Of a DNA stretch of 64,000 bases, positions 27,232 to 39,679 are shown in pieces. The stretch is from Mytilus edulis (taxonomy: Eukaryota), in assembly GCF_963676685.1 (NCBI RefSeq), contig NC_092352.1:33480001-33544000 (forward strand). Reading direction: 5' to 3'. Every line of letters begins with the position of its first letter. Within the stretch, counting starts at the first letter, position 1. Position numbers and translations under genes: made by a program. The notes beneath the pieces were generated by a model. The model did not search any database. It saw nothing but the letters and a program-made list of their open reading frames with translations, and was not told where the DNA came from.

Positions 27232-28848
27232 GAATCCATGACAAGTCGCCCCACTGGCAAGTCGACCCACACCTAATCGGCCCACTTTAAAAAAAACCGC
27301 CCCAACCTGGATTACCAAATCGCCCCACTTTTTAGCTCACCTGGCCTAAAAGGCCATGTGAGCTTTTCTCATCACTTGGCGTCCGTCGTCGTCGTCGTCG
27401 TCGTTAACAATTTTTCAAACATCTTCTCCTCTGAAACTACTGAATGGATTTGAATGAAACTTAGCATGATTGTTCCTTAGAGTATCCTGCACAAAGTGTG
27501 TGCTTCGATTTTTGATCCGTCAAAAAACATGGCCGCCGTTACTTAAAATAGAACATAGGGGTCAAATGCAGTTTTTGGCTTATATCTCAAAAACTAAAGC
27601 ATTTAGAGCAAATCTGACATGGGGTAAAAATGTTCATTAGGTCAAGATCTATCAGCCCTGAAATTTACAGATGAATCAAACAAACCATTGATGGGTTGCT
27701 GCCACTTAATTTTAAGGAAATTTTGCAGTTTTTGGTCATTATCTTGAATATTATTATAGATATAGATAAACTGTTAATAGCAAAAATGTTAAGCAAAGTA
27801 AGATCTACAAATAAGTCAATTTGACCAAAATTGTCAATTGACCTCTTAAGGAGTTATTGCCCTTTAAAGACTTTTTCACAATTTGTTCATCATGTTGACT
27901 TACTTTAAAAAATCTTCTCCTTTGAAACTGCTGTATCAATTTCAGCCAAACTTAGGCTAAATGAGACGTTTTAGAGTTTCAGAGTATCTAGTATAAATTT
28001 TATATTTCATTTCCTTGTATGTCAAGAAACATAGCTCCTATGGCTAAAATAGAACATAGGAGAAAATGATTTTTTTTTTTGCTTTTGAAGAAAATAGGAC
28101 GATTCAAAGAACATTTAAATAAATTGAAAAGCCAAAATAATCATTGATATGAGATTAAACCAAAAAAATTCAGGTGAGCGATTCAGGCTCTTGAGAGCCT
28201 CTTGTTAAAAAATCGTCCCACTTGTGAAAAGTGTTAAATCCCGTTAATATTACTCCTGAAAACTCGCCCCACTGAATGGAAAACGATAAAATCTAGATTA
28301 ACATATTATTAATCAGGATGAATTTAGTAAAGCCAACTCGCCCCACTCATGGAAAAAGATGTTATCCCGTTGTATATAATTTAAATTCCGTGAATATTAC
28401 TCCTGCCAACACGCCCCACTTATGGAAAACGATAATATCTAGATTAATATATTATTAACCAGGATGAATGTAGTAATGCCAACTCGCCCCACTTATGGAA
28501 AAAGATGTTATCCCGTTGTATATAAGTTAAATTCCGTGAATATTACTCCTGCCAACTCGCCCCACTTATGGAAAGTAACACGGCTGGTTAGCTCTCTAAA
28601 TGTCATTTTTGTTTGATTTCAAACCATAGACAAAACTTACCAATCAATTTGTCAACAACAACAAAACCTGTTTTGACTACTTTTACTAACAAAAACACGA
28701 CACACGCTTATGGTAAATGAATGAATAGGCATTCTCTTTGATATTTACTTGAAAGAAACATTTGCCTTTCTCTGATTGCTCGTTAGTGTTGAATTGGGGC
28801 GATTAAGATTAAGGGCGACTTGCCAGTGGGGCGACTTGTCCTGCTTCC
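27232..28848. mobile_element. Non-autonomous DNA element, 8-bp TSD, TCGCCCCAC repeat arrays
   Basis: TSD TTAATAAC at 27224-27231 and 28849-28856. gacaagtcgccccactggcaagtcg is mirrored at the right end; internal ~75-150 bp tandem units. Confidence 0.88.
27329..28206 (+). mobile_element. Helentron-type element nested in the 27232-28848 element
   Basis: ttttagctcacctg...(GTC)n...caggtgagcg plus hairpin aggctcttgagagcct, inserted in a T-run. A degenerate relative is at ~54124-54812. Confidence 0.78.
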
Positions 28849-30061
28849 TTAATAACATAGCCATGCCAAATGCATGATAACAGTACATGTTTAACAACAT
28901 GTAAAAATGTTATACAGGTATTTCCTACTATAAATCACTTTTACATCAAAATTTGAAATTCAATGAAATATCAAATAACAGCAATTCTCGTCTATGACGT
29001 ACATGTATATATTATTTAACAATGACGAATCAAAAACACCTGACTAACTATTTTTATATATCATGTATACTGGTACATGTACATGGATAAACCTATTTCT
29101 TCAGTTAAAGTTATACATGTAGTAAATGGGGTATGTCACAGATAATTGTAAAATTTTGCATACAACTTTGGCTCTTAGAGCTTCAACTCAAAATCGAAAA
29201 AAATAATGCATAATTTATCTCATTTCGTTGTATCATTTGAAATGTAACTGGTTGAATTCTTGCAAAATCTTTGACATAGCCCATTTACTACTATTTGAAT
29301 TCCTTGACCTTAATCAGATAAACATCTTTGTGCATGTTCCTCAGTTTCTTGAACAACAGTGTCAATATCTATATCAAGTTTAAAAGATACTACATGGCTT
29401 AATACTTTTATCATATCAATGAGATAATAATGCATCACATGCTTTTATTAAATAAAAAAAATTTGTGGCTTTATAACAGTAAATTAAATCTCATATTTTG
29501 ACTATCACAGGTACAATTATTCATGAATGCCAATATTATTACAGTAATTATGGTTAAATAATACATTGTAACAGTCAATACACATAATACAATACATAAA
29601 TACATTGACATGTATTGTACATGTCAAAACGTATCTTCTTCAAAAGAATATTGCAGTGTTTGATTGAGTTAATACATGTATAAATATACAAAGAACTTGT
29701 CACAGAAAACAAAAAGATTCGGGTAAAATGTGTATTAAGCTGAGGTCTTTAATATTAATAGTCATTACCTCCCTTGGACTGTTCATGAGTGGAAAGATAA
29801 TTGATATCACATGGCCATAATTAAGTTTAAAATAGATAACTTTTACTTATACTTCACTTGTTTTTAAGGTTTGTTTGAGTTGAAACATCTTGTTATATTC
29901 ATTTAAGAATGATATAGATGCACTAATTTTTTAAATGTTCAAATCATATTTCTTATATAAATTTTAATATTTCTTGTCAGATAGCAACGATACAGCTTAG
30001 AAAAGAATGGGACCAGAGATAATATAATTACACAAATCAAATATTCATTGTTATACTGCAA

Positions 30062-30600
30062 TCAGCTATTTTACTATACAGATAAAGCTATACGTATAAA
30101 CGTTAGCTTTATACGTCAATGACCTCAACTCACCTATAAGCCCCGCCTACTTACAACGTCACGTCACAACCATGACAACGTGTAGTAACAATGGTCAAAC
30201 TTTTATGAATTTAAACCTGTTATGTCTTCAAATTGGTAATTTATATACCGTGTTTATCAAATGCTATTAATTAAATTCATTTTCCCTTTCTAATTCCGTA
30301 AATTGTCAATGCTTACCGCCTAGACTACGCTCATAGGGAAATACCCCAAAATGGTACCCCAAGGGGGAAATTCCAAACACTTTTTTTTTTAATAATATTT
30401 GTTTCATATTTTTATTATTTTTTTTTATTATTTTATCGATTTCAGTATAAAAACAATATACGTATAGTGTCTTGAAATATGAAATTTATTTGTATTCGGC
30501 ACGAAACGGGAAAATGCTCGGTAGAACCTCGCATTTTCCCGTTTCTAAGCCTCATACAAATAAATTTCATATTTCAAGACACTATACGTATATTGTCTAA
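30062..30600. mobile_element. Element with one long terminal hairpin (arms 30453-30596)
   Basis: 43-bp perfect arms plus an inner gaaacgggaaaatgc stem. The left boundary is approximate. Confidence 0.6.
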
Positions 30601-31524
30601 CTGTGTAAACTTTTTAAATATTAAGTTTGTGACATTCTGTCATTAAGGGATACTTCTTGTACAACAACTTTTTATTTTTTTTGAAAAAGTAAAAAATGTA
30701 TACACATATAAGTAAAAAATAATATTTGAGTAATCTCCCCTTAATTTTCTTTAAAATTTACTCAAATAAGTAAATCTTTCTTACAATCCTACAAAAACTC
30801 TCAAGTTTATCTTAACCACTATCTTAACATGTGAATTTACATGTAAGACAAGAGACCTATCAAAATGAGCAAGTCCTCAATACTGTTAGCATTAACAAAC
30901 TACTTCCATTGATCCTACAAAAACAGATACCAACAGTAACAACTTGCAATTGTTAGGTTTAAATGTGTTATATGAATTTATTTACATCTTTTAATTATCA
31001 ACTTTGTCAGTTGAAACCTTTAAGATTTTTTCTCAGTACTGTTTTTTTTTTATAAAGACCACTACTATCTGTGTATGAAATAAGCCCAGCCTCCCTTCTT
31101 ATACATTGTACTTCATATAATATCTAATATTTAAATAAGGAATATAAAGGGACTTAACACCACTACTAACTGTTTATGAAATAAGCCCTGTCTCCCTACT
31201 AACCTAATATGAAATACACAGTCTACAGACACTTTTACTCAATCATATTCCTAGAAATGTGTAGGTGGTAAGATAAAACTGATTATTGATTTTGTGTGGC
31301 ATGAATAATTAATACTAAATGTATATGCATATAATATACATTGTATATATATATATATACACACAATTGGGAATTTTACAGCAAAAACACATCTCCATAT
31401 TTTCATTGCAGCATACATACAGGAAATTGGAAGAGCAGGTCGTGATGGAAACCCAGCAATTGCCAAATTGTTCTTTAACAAAATGGACATTTCTTCAGCT
31501 GCTAAGGGTATGACTGATGGCATG

Positions 31525-32763
31525 CAGTGTTCTCCCCAGGCCCTTAAAGGACCACGGACCCGCGATGTATAATTTTCTGCCGCGGTGGTATCGTTCTTGC
31601 CGCGATGTATAATTTTTTTCCGTGGTGCTAAAGTTTTCGGTAAAAAAATCGTATTAAAATCGGTAAAGTTTCAGATGACTTCAACTTTACATCAAAATTG
31701 ACCAGTTCTAACCAGTTTAATCCAGTATTGACAAGATGATTGTTTACACCACGTGATCGATTTACCTGTTGAGGTTAACCTTGATGATTGGATTTAATCG
31801 ATGTACATGATTCTTTTGTGTTTTAGTTAATTAAGAGATCATAATTTAAATAACAGACTTGTGAGGGACAAGCAGACATTTGTTAATGAACCCTATTGCG
31901 CCAGTCTCAAGTCAAAATAATTTGCCTTTTAGGAATTAATTGTGGAGTTACTTCCCCTGATTTTGCTAATTACAAATAAATGCTCCTCACATATAATTTC
32001 TCATTGCAAATAAAAATAAAGTACAAATTGAATGCAAAATTATATTAGAATGTTACATTAAGGATGAAAACATTCTTAGAACATACCAACAAAAATATTT
32101 TGCAAATTATTTTTGAGAATCATACCATTATTGATGCACAGACATATTATAATAAATGGGTAATTTATACGATGTGAAAAATATCTGACTGTAACAGGTC
32201 TAAAAAGCCTACTGCCACAACTCTAATACATTCCCATGCAGGTCTAAAGCTAGGGATGAACCTTGTGAGTAGAAAACTCTTTTAAAGTACTCTCCATGTC
32301 TGTAACAAAGTATTAATCATAAAAACAAATTTGTTGTTGTCTAAAAGAATCAGATCTAAAACTATGGAAAATAGTTTTTAATTTACTGAAGGTTCTGTAT
32401 CAAAAATCTTGTTCAAAGTTCATTGTTATGGGGAATGTGTAGTGTAACTACAAGTATCGGGACAAAATGGCTTGATCAAAATATAAGAAGTGTCTTTAGC
32501 TTAAAGACTAATTGTGCTTTCTTTTATTTATTCTTCAAAGATATTAAAGTATACAAACTGTTTATTAATTTACTTTTTCTACCAATAATTTTCTGACCCT
32601 AAGTCCTACAACACAGTTCCACAGTAAACAAAACAAAGGCAAACAGGTAATGACAAAAAGTAACAAGAAAAAAATAAGCGACGCAAAGCAACACAAAATA
32701 TTGTAAAATTCATTTCGTCACGCGTTACCCTGGTGCTATCCAAAAATCCTGGGGAGAACACTG
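31525..32763. mobile_element. Non-autonomous TIR element with 5-bp TSD, inserted in helicase exon 3
   Basis: Perfect 16-bp TIR CAGTGTTCTCCCCAGG. GCATG is duplicated at 31520-31524 and 32764-32768. Removal restores AKGMTDGMRNYC. Confidence 0.92.
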
Positions 32764-35700
32764 GCATGAGAAACTATTGCCAAAGTAAAGAATGCCGAAG
32801 AGACTACATTTGCACTCACTTCGGATTCAACAATTGTTTTGATAAAGAGAAACATGATTGTTGTGACATATGTGAACTTAAATGTACATGTGATAGTTGT
32901 TTTGCTCAACTTACAGAGAACATAGAGGAACATCCAGTATGTGAAACCAAAAAAGTAACAGTTAAAAGGAAAACTGTCACAGAAATAAATCAGTTACTTT
33001 GTGAATATTTTGAAGCTGAAAACACTTCAGTGGAAATGCCGTCAGCAAGTTTATATACAGGACTTGATTCTTTGTTAGCTGCCAAAATAGCAAAGAATTA
33101 CAACATTTATGACAACACTGATGTCATTAAATCAGATTTTCCTTTCATTGCTGAAGAAGTTTCACTTAACATTTCTCTTATTGTAAAAGCTATTGTGGAA
33201 AATGAAAAGAAATAGCTATATTTTGCAGCCGTGTATATTGAACTCTTAGAACTTCAGTATTCAGTGATATTGTTGGCTTTTTTCAAATCTACCTCTACCC
33301 TTTTTTATGATAGATAATAAAATTATGCCTTCCCAAATCACATACATACTAACTTAGGAATTCTGTTTTTAAATTTTCAATTTGGCTTTATCAAATATGT
33401 GTATTAAATTATAGCAGAACATGATATGCAGAACAGGATGCAACCCTCTGGCGCACCTTGAAAAGTCGTAAGGTTGTAAGTCCCTGGCGTAGATGGAATA
33501 TGCTCGTAAACTTGACCTGCTGCAAATCAGAGTGTGGGGGAGAATGGGGGATTTTATTTTAAATTATGCTGGTTGATAAGTATGTATGTTGTTTGGGTGT
33601 TTGGTGATATATCATTAGTATATCAGTTGTGTTTTTTTTTAAATTTTCTCTTTAAACACAAACACTGTTTAAAGGATTAAATATATAGTGTGCTTCTCAT
33701 TTTTTCCTGTTTCAGTTATTAAGAAAAGTCCATGAAAAAATTGATTGATATCTTATATTATACTTTGCAGTTTAATCAGAATTCCCCAAAACTAAATATA
33801 TTGGGTCGCAACTACTAAAAGGCATTTTTAGACACTGTGTATGCTGTTATTGCACCCTGCTTGAACGGTGCTTTCAAGTTTATACCTGTATGGACAAAAC
33901 CATAGCTTCTTAAAAAATAAAGACTGTCAAAGTGGAGCACGGTTTGCACCTGTGTACTATGATCACATTCTTGTTACTTGATGAATTTGTGTTTTAATGG
34001 TATAAATGATCATGTCAAGGGCAACTACTTAACCTTAAGCAATAACATATTACTATATACATGTAGTCTTATGAAAGTCAAAACCACAGGAATTGAACAT
34101 GTATTCTATCTTTAAGACAGAAATTATAGCAATAAAATAAAGTTTACTTATTTTCCAAGTTCAGTAGCAAATTTTATTTTCTGCTGCATGATCCAGTTTC
34201 TAAATAGGTTCATGTCAAGCTGATTTTCCATTTTTCTTGAAATACCTGGGAAAGTGTCATGTTGGCGCCCTGGGTCAGTTTCAAAAGGTCGTAACTGTCG
34301 AAGATCGCTGATCATGTCTAGTTCATCATGAATTGAGCTCAAGTCAGAATGCCTTTTACTCCTGATGACAACATTGGAAACCCTATCAAACTGTTCGGAA
34401 ATATCAGATATTGCTGAAATTGCACTTGTCCTTTTGGATATGAAATCATCTGTTTTGTTGGAAAACATGTGTTTTAAATGTTTTTTTACACATTTGACAA
34501 TATATTCCATTTGAAGGTCACAAGGTATGTGACTGTCTGTTTTCCCTTTTGTATTTACAAAGAGTGCATAAAATTCCTCTGATGCTTCTTGTTCTGACAA
34601 AATACAATACTGGTGTACAAGCAACCTCATTATTTCATATGCATATTTTGACATCCAATTGTTGGCTTTAAAATGCAGCATGGTCACTTTTAAAAGACGC
34701 AAACCTCGTTCTCTATCTGGTGTTTTACATAGGCTTAACAGCGCTTTAAAATGAACTCCTAGTTCAAGAACTAGATGTCCATAGGATTGGACTTTGTCCT
34801 CCTTTGGTGGTGTTTTCTTTTTTTTTATAACAAAGGATTTGAAGTTACCGTTTGCCAATTTCACCGTTTGCCAATTTCAGACGTAGAACTTCGCCATCTT
34901 CTGTAAAACAAGAATTTTTATGTATGAAAAAAGAATGCAAGTCACATATTAAAACAAATCGGTATAATATGCATAAACTATCGAGGTTAAAGGGTAAAGA
35001 GCCTGTAGTTCAGTGGTTGTTAGTTAATGTCTTTTATATTTGGTGCTTATCTGCTTATGTTATGAAATTTCCACATATCACATGTACATAGTACTTGACC
35101 ACATTTATACAGTCCAGTGACTACATGAAAAGAAGAAGAAAGATATTTTGTAATGTTAATTTCTCCATATTATAAGTAATAAGATGACCATATTTTCATG
35201 GATCAGTGAACAAGGTTAAGTTTCTTTGGTTAAGTCCATATCTCAGATGCTACATGTAATAGAAATAAAGGGCTACTATATATATTTGGTGTATAGAATG
35301 TTTTTAAGGTGTAAATGTCCAAAGTTGAGTTTTGGTATTTTTTTTCCCTACCGCTTGTAATACAATGTATTATTAATATTTCCCTAGAATTGTTTTACAA
35401 TGTACATGTCAGTCTGATTCTGGTTTTATTTGACCCTGACCTCATTTCCATTGTTCATTGCTAAATGTAAAGTTTTTGTGTTTGTTCAGTCATAAACAAT
35501 TATAAGCATTACATGTAAGTCAACTAAATTTGGTGTATGGAATGATTGTACAGTGTACATGTACATGTACAATGTATTTCTGGTTTGGTTTACCAGACCT
35601 TGACATAATTTTCTTGGATCATGTTAAGATAAGTTGAAGCTTGCAATCAAGGTTTTTATTCAGGACTATCAACATAAAGTCAATTGTTAGTTAAGTAGAT

Positions 35701-35940
35701 GAGACATTTTATGATTAGGTTCAGACTGAAAAAGACTTTTATACGACTGCAAAAATTAAACAAGTTTTGGTCGTACATGTATATTGGTATCACATTGTCA
35801 GCGTCGTCCAAAGACAGATGATTCCCAGATAACAACTTTAATTTAGTATAAATAAATAGAAATTAATAAAATTTTAGGTTTATTACCACTAAAAGAAGGT
35901 TGGGATGGATTTTAGAGGTTATGGTCCCAGCTGTTCATGA

Positions 35941-38036
35941 TTTTTATTATACGACCGCAAATTTTGAAAAAATTTTCGTCGTATATTGCTATCACGTTGG
36001 CGTCTGCGTCGTCGTCGTCCGGCGTCCGAATACTTTTAGTTTTCGCACTCTAACTTTAGTAAAAGTGAATAGAAATCTATGAAATTTTATCATAAGGTTT
36101 ATGACCATAAAAGGAAGGTTGGTATTGATTTTGGGAGTTTTGGTCCCAACATTTTAGGAATAAGGGGCCAAAAAGGGCCCAAATAAGCATTTTCTTGGTT
36201 TTCGCACCATAACTTTAGTTTAAGTTAATAGAAATCTATGAAATTTTGACACAAGGTTTATGACCACAAAAGAAAGATTGGGATTGATTTTGGGAGTTTT
36301 GGTTTCAATAGTTTAGGAATAAGGGGCCAATAAAGGGCCCAAATAAGCATTTTTCTTGGTTTTTGCACAATAACCTTAGGTTATGTAAATGGAAATCTAT
36401 GAAATTTAAACACAATGTTTATGACCACAAAAGGAAGGTTGGTATTTATTTTGGGAGTTTAGGACCCAACAGATTAGGAATTAGGGGCCAAAAAGGGACC
36501 CAAATAAGCATTTTTCTTGGTTTTCGCACTATAATGTTAGTATAAGTAAATACAAATCTATGAAATTTAAACACAAGGCTTATGACCATAAAAGGAAGTT
36601 TGGTAATGATTTTGGGAGTTTTGGTCCCAACAGTTTAGGAAAAAGGGGCCCAAAGGGTCCAAAATTAAACTTTGTTTGATTTCATCAAAATTGAATAATT
36701 GGGGTTCTTTGATATGCCGAATCTAACTGTATATGTAGATTCTCAACTTTTGGTCCAGTTTTCAAATTGGTCTACATTAAGGTCCAAAGGGTCGAAAATT
36801 AAACTTAGTTTGATTTTGACAAAAAATGAATCGGTTGGGTTCTTTGATATGTTGAATCTAAAAATGTACTTAGATTCTTGATTATTGAAGTTTTTTTGGT
36901 CCAGTTTTCAAATTGGTCTACATTAAGGTCCAAAGGGTCCAAAATTAAACTTTGTTTGATTTCATCAAAAATTGAATCCTTGGGGTTCTTTGATATGCCA
37001 AATCTAACTGTGTATGTAGATTCTTCATTTTTGGTCCTGTTTTAAAATATCAAATTCTACATTAAAGTCCAAAGGGTCCAAAATTAAACTAAGTTTGATT
37101 TTAACAAAAATTGAATTCTTGGGCCTCTTTGATATGCTGAATCTAAACATGTACTTAGATTTTTGATTATGGGCCCAGCTTTCAAGTTGGTCCAAATCAG
37201 GATCTAAAATTATTATATTAAGTATTGTGCAATAGCAAGTCTTTTCAATTGCACAGTATTGTGCAATGGCAAGAAATATCTAATTGCACAATATTGTGAA
37301 ATAGCAATTTTTTTTTTAATTAGAGTTATCTTTCTTTGTCCAGAATAGTAAGCAAGAAATATCCTATTTGTGCAATAGCAAGAATTTTTTTTAATTGGAG
37401 TTATCTTTCTTTGTCCAGAATCAACTTAAATCTTTGTTATATACAATATACAATGTATATACACTTTTTACTACCAACTGATAAATTTAAATAATCTTTA
37501 CCATTCAGTGATAACAAGCAGTTTTTTTACATCTTAATATTTTATGATGTATTTAAATGAGTAGTTATTGTTGCAAACTCCATTAGAAATTTGAATTGAT
37601 ATCAGTTTTGAAAAAGGGAAACGGGGATGTGAAAAAAAAGGGGGGGGTTAAATTTTTCTCATTTCAGATTTCATAAATAAAAAGAAAATTTCTTCAAACA
37701 TTTTTTTGAGAGGATTAATATTCAACAGCATAGTGATTTGCTCAAAGGCAAAAAAAACCTTTTAAGTTCATTAGACCACATTCATTCTGTGTCAGAAACC
37801 TATGCTGTGTCAACTATTTAATTTTAGATTTAAAAAGTTTGAAGAAGAAATCTTTAATTGATTTGTAAAATCTTGGCATTTGTTTTGTGTAAAAAAAAAC
37901 CATGTAATGTCAAAAATTTGATCACAATCCAAATTCAGAGCTGTATCATGCTTGAATGTTTTGTCCATACTTGCCCCAACTGTTCAGGTTTCGACCTCTG
38001 CGGTCGTATAAAGCTGCGCCCTGCGGAGCACCTGTT
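35941..38036 (+). mobile_element. Helentron-type element with two internal ~140-bp tandem arrays, nested in an older relative (~35737-38410)
   Basis: tttttattatacgaccgca...(GTC)n...tgcggtcgtataaa plus hairpin gctgcgccctgcggagc. The outer degenerate ends ttttatacgactgc and tgcggtagtattaggc flank it. Confidence 0.78.
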
Positions 38037-39433
38037 TTTTTTTATTTTTGTTGTTGGGGATTGTTTGGAAAAGGGGGTGTGGGGGAGAACTTTTTTTTGA
38101 TGGAGTGGGAGAGTGTCAATTCCCAACAGCAAAGTGAATTGCACAAAGTATTTTTAAACTGTTCATATTCTTTTTTCATTATTTTTCAAATTTAAAATTT
38201 TTGAAAAGTTTCAATAAGAAATCTTCAATTGCACAATATTGCTCATTAATTTGGTAAAATTTTTGACCACATTTAAATATTTTGGTGTCAGTAACCTATA
38301 TTATGGCAAAAAATTTATCACAATCCAAATTCAGGTAGTATCAAGCTTGACTATTGTGTCCAAATTTGCCTTAAATGTTCAGGGTTCATCCACTGCGGTA
38401 GTATTAGGCTACACTCAGTGAAGCATTTTATTATTTAATATTGTTAGACCTACCATGAACTTCTTCCTCAGAGTAAGACCTGCAATTATCACTTTCATTG
38501 CACCATACCATTTTATCAACTAGATCACCAAATATTGATAAAATCCATTCCTTCTTCTCATTATCATTTGTAAACTGACTAGGTGGTTCATGTCTATTTA
38601 TTGTTGGGGCAGAAGTAGGGTTTTCCATTTCAAAGAAAGTCATAACAGCTTCTGTTATGTATGCATCTGTGAATGATATTATGAAGTCTTTGTCAGCATC
38701 ATAATGTTCATTTACATTGACATTCACAGTGGTTCTTAGTAAACGATTTGCCTCACATTTCATAGTGCCCATTTCATTTACACTTTGATCTTTGAAAAGT
38801 TGTTTCATGATCAATTTAACATAGTTCATGCAGAGATGAAATAATTCGAATGTAATCGGAGACAAGTGATCAAAACGTTCCTCTGCTGTTATACCACCAG
38901 CTCTTAAGCATTTGCTCCCAGAAAATCTTTCTCTTGTCAACTGATCACCACCTATCAAAACTTTAACTGTGTCATTATAGTCTATGTTAGCTTTACCAAA
39001 GCTCTCCCTTAAAAATGACTCATAAAAATCTAAAATTTTAACAACCTCATCATATTTTTGTTCATTATAATGAAGAACAGGTAATGGAATGACCTTGTTT
39101 TTTGTTTTCAATTCCTCAGTCAAGGTTCCATGAAAAAAGTTTTCAAATGGCTTACAAAATTCCTTGAAGAATGGTATGTGTTTAGAAGCCACTTTTAAAA
39201 TGTGGACACTATAGTCTTCTCTTAGTAGATGCCAATCATTTCTGGATGGTAAGAAAGTTTCCACTGATGCATATCTGTAGTCCAGCTGAAATAAATTGAT
39301 AATCCAAAATGAAGGTAAAAATATGGTAACACTTTTATTTTTATTGTCAGTCTTATAATTATACTAGTATTGACCATGCCTGTGGTAAATACCAGAAAAT
39401 AATGGTCAATTGAAATTTTTGATAGGTCATTAG

Positions 39434-39679
39434 AGCAAATTTCCTAATGCATGTAGAGCAAGACTTTGGTTAACTTGCTTGCTTTGTTTGTATATTGTAC
39501 AGTTGTCGTTAGAATAATGTCCAATACAATTTAAATATAATTTATATAGGTTCAACTATGCCTTTATATATAGTTTGGATATATGTTAATCTTAAACACA
39601 AAGCATATGTAAACGTTTATACAAACAAAGCAAACAAGTCAACCAAAGTTTTATACTACAAGCATTAGGAAATTAGCTA
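39434..39679. mobile_element. MITE/fold-back with ~60-bp imperfect arms in transposase intron 2
   Basis: agcaaatttcctaatgc..actttggttaacttg.ttgctttgtttgtata is mirrored at 39618-39679. Confidence 0.65.

Larger units (their letters stand above)
23392..33215 (+). pseudogene. RecQ-like SF2 helicase of the transposon (reconstructed 521 aa), disrupted by two insertions
   Basis: Segments 23392-23986 + 25315-25583, 26767-26908, 31412-31524 + 32769-33215. Motifs LPTGYGKS, VSPL, DEAHCVVQWG, ALTAT, DRPNI, FATEAYSMGTD, YIQEIGRAGRDG, and RQC zinc-type CRR...CCDIC. Confidence 0.92.

Noticed and set aside
31525-32763. Insertion spliced out as an intron (introner-like)
   Set aside because: The GT and AG sites I tried at or near the TIRs do not restore the frame (for example a net +14 nt).
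23290-33215. Host RecQ gene (BLM/WRN/RECQL)
   Set aside because: Minimal core without HRDC or exonuclease domains, enclosed by TIRs and a TSD with a transposase partner.
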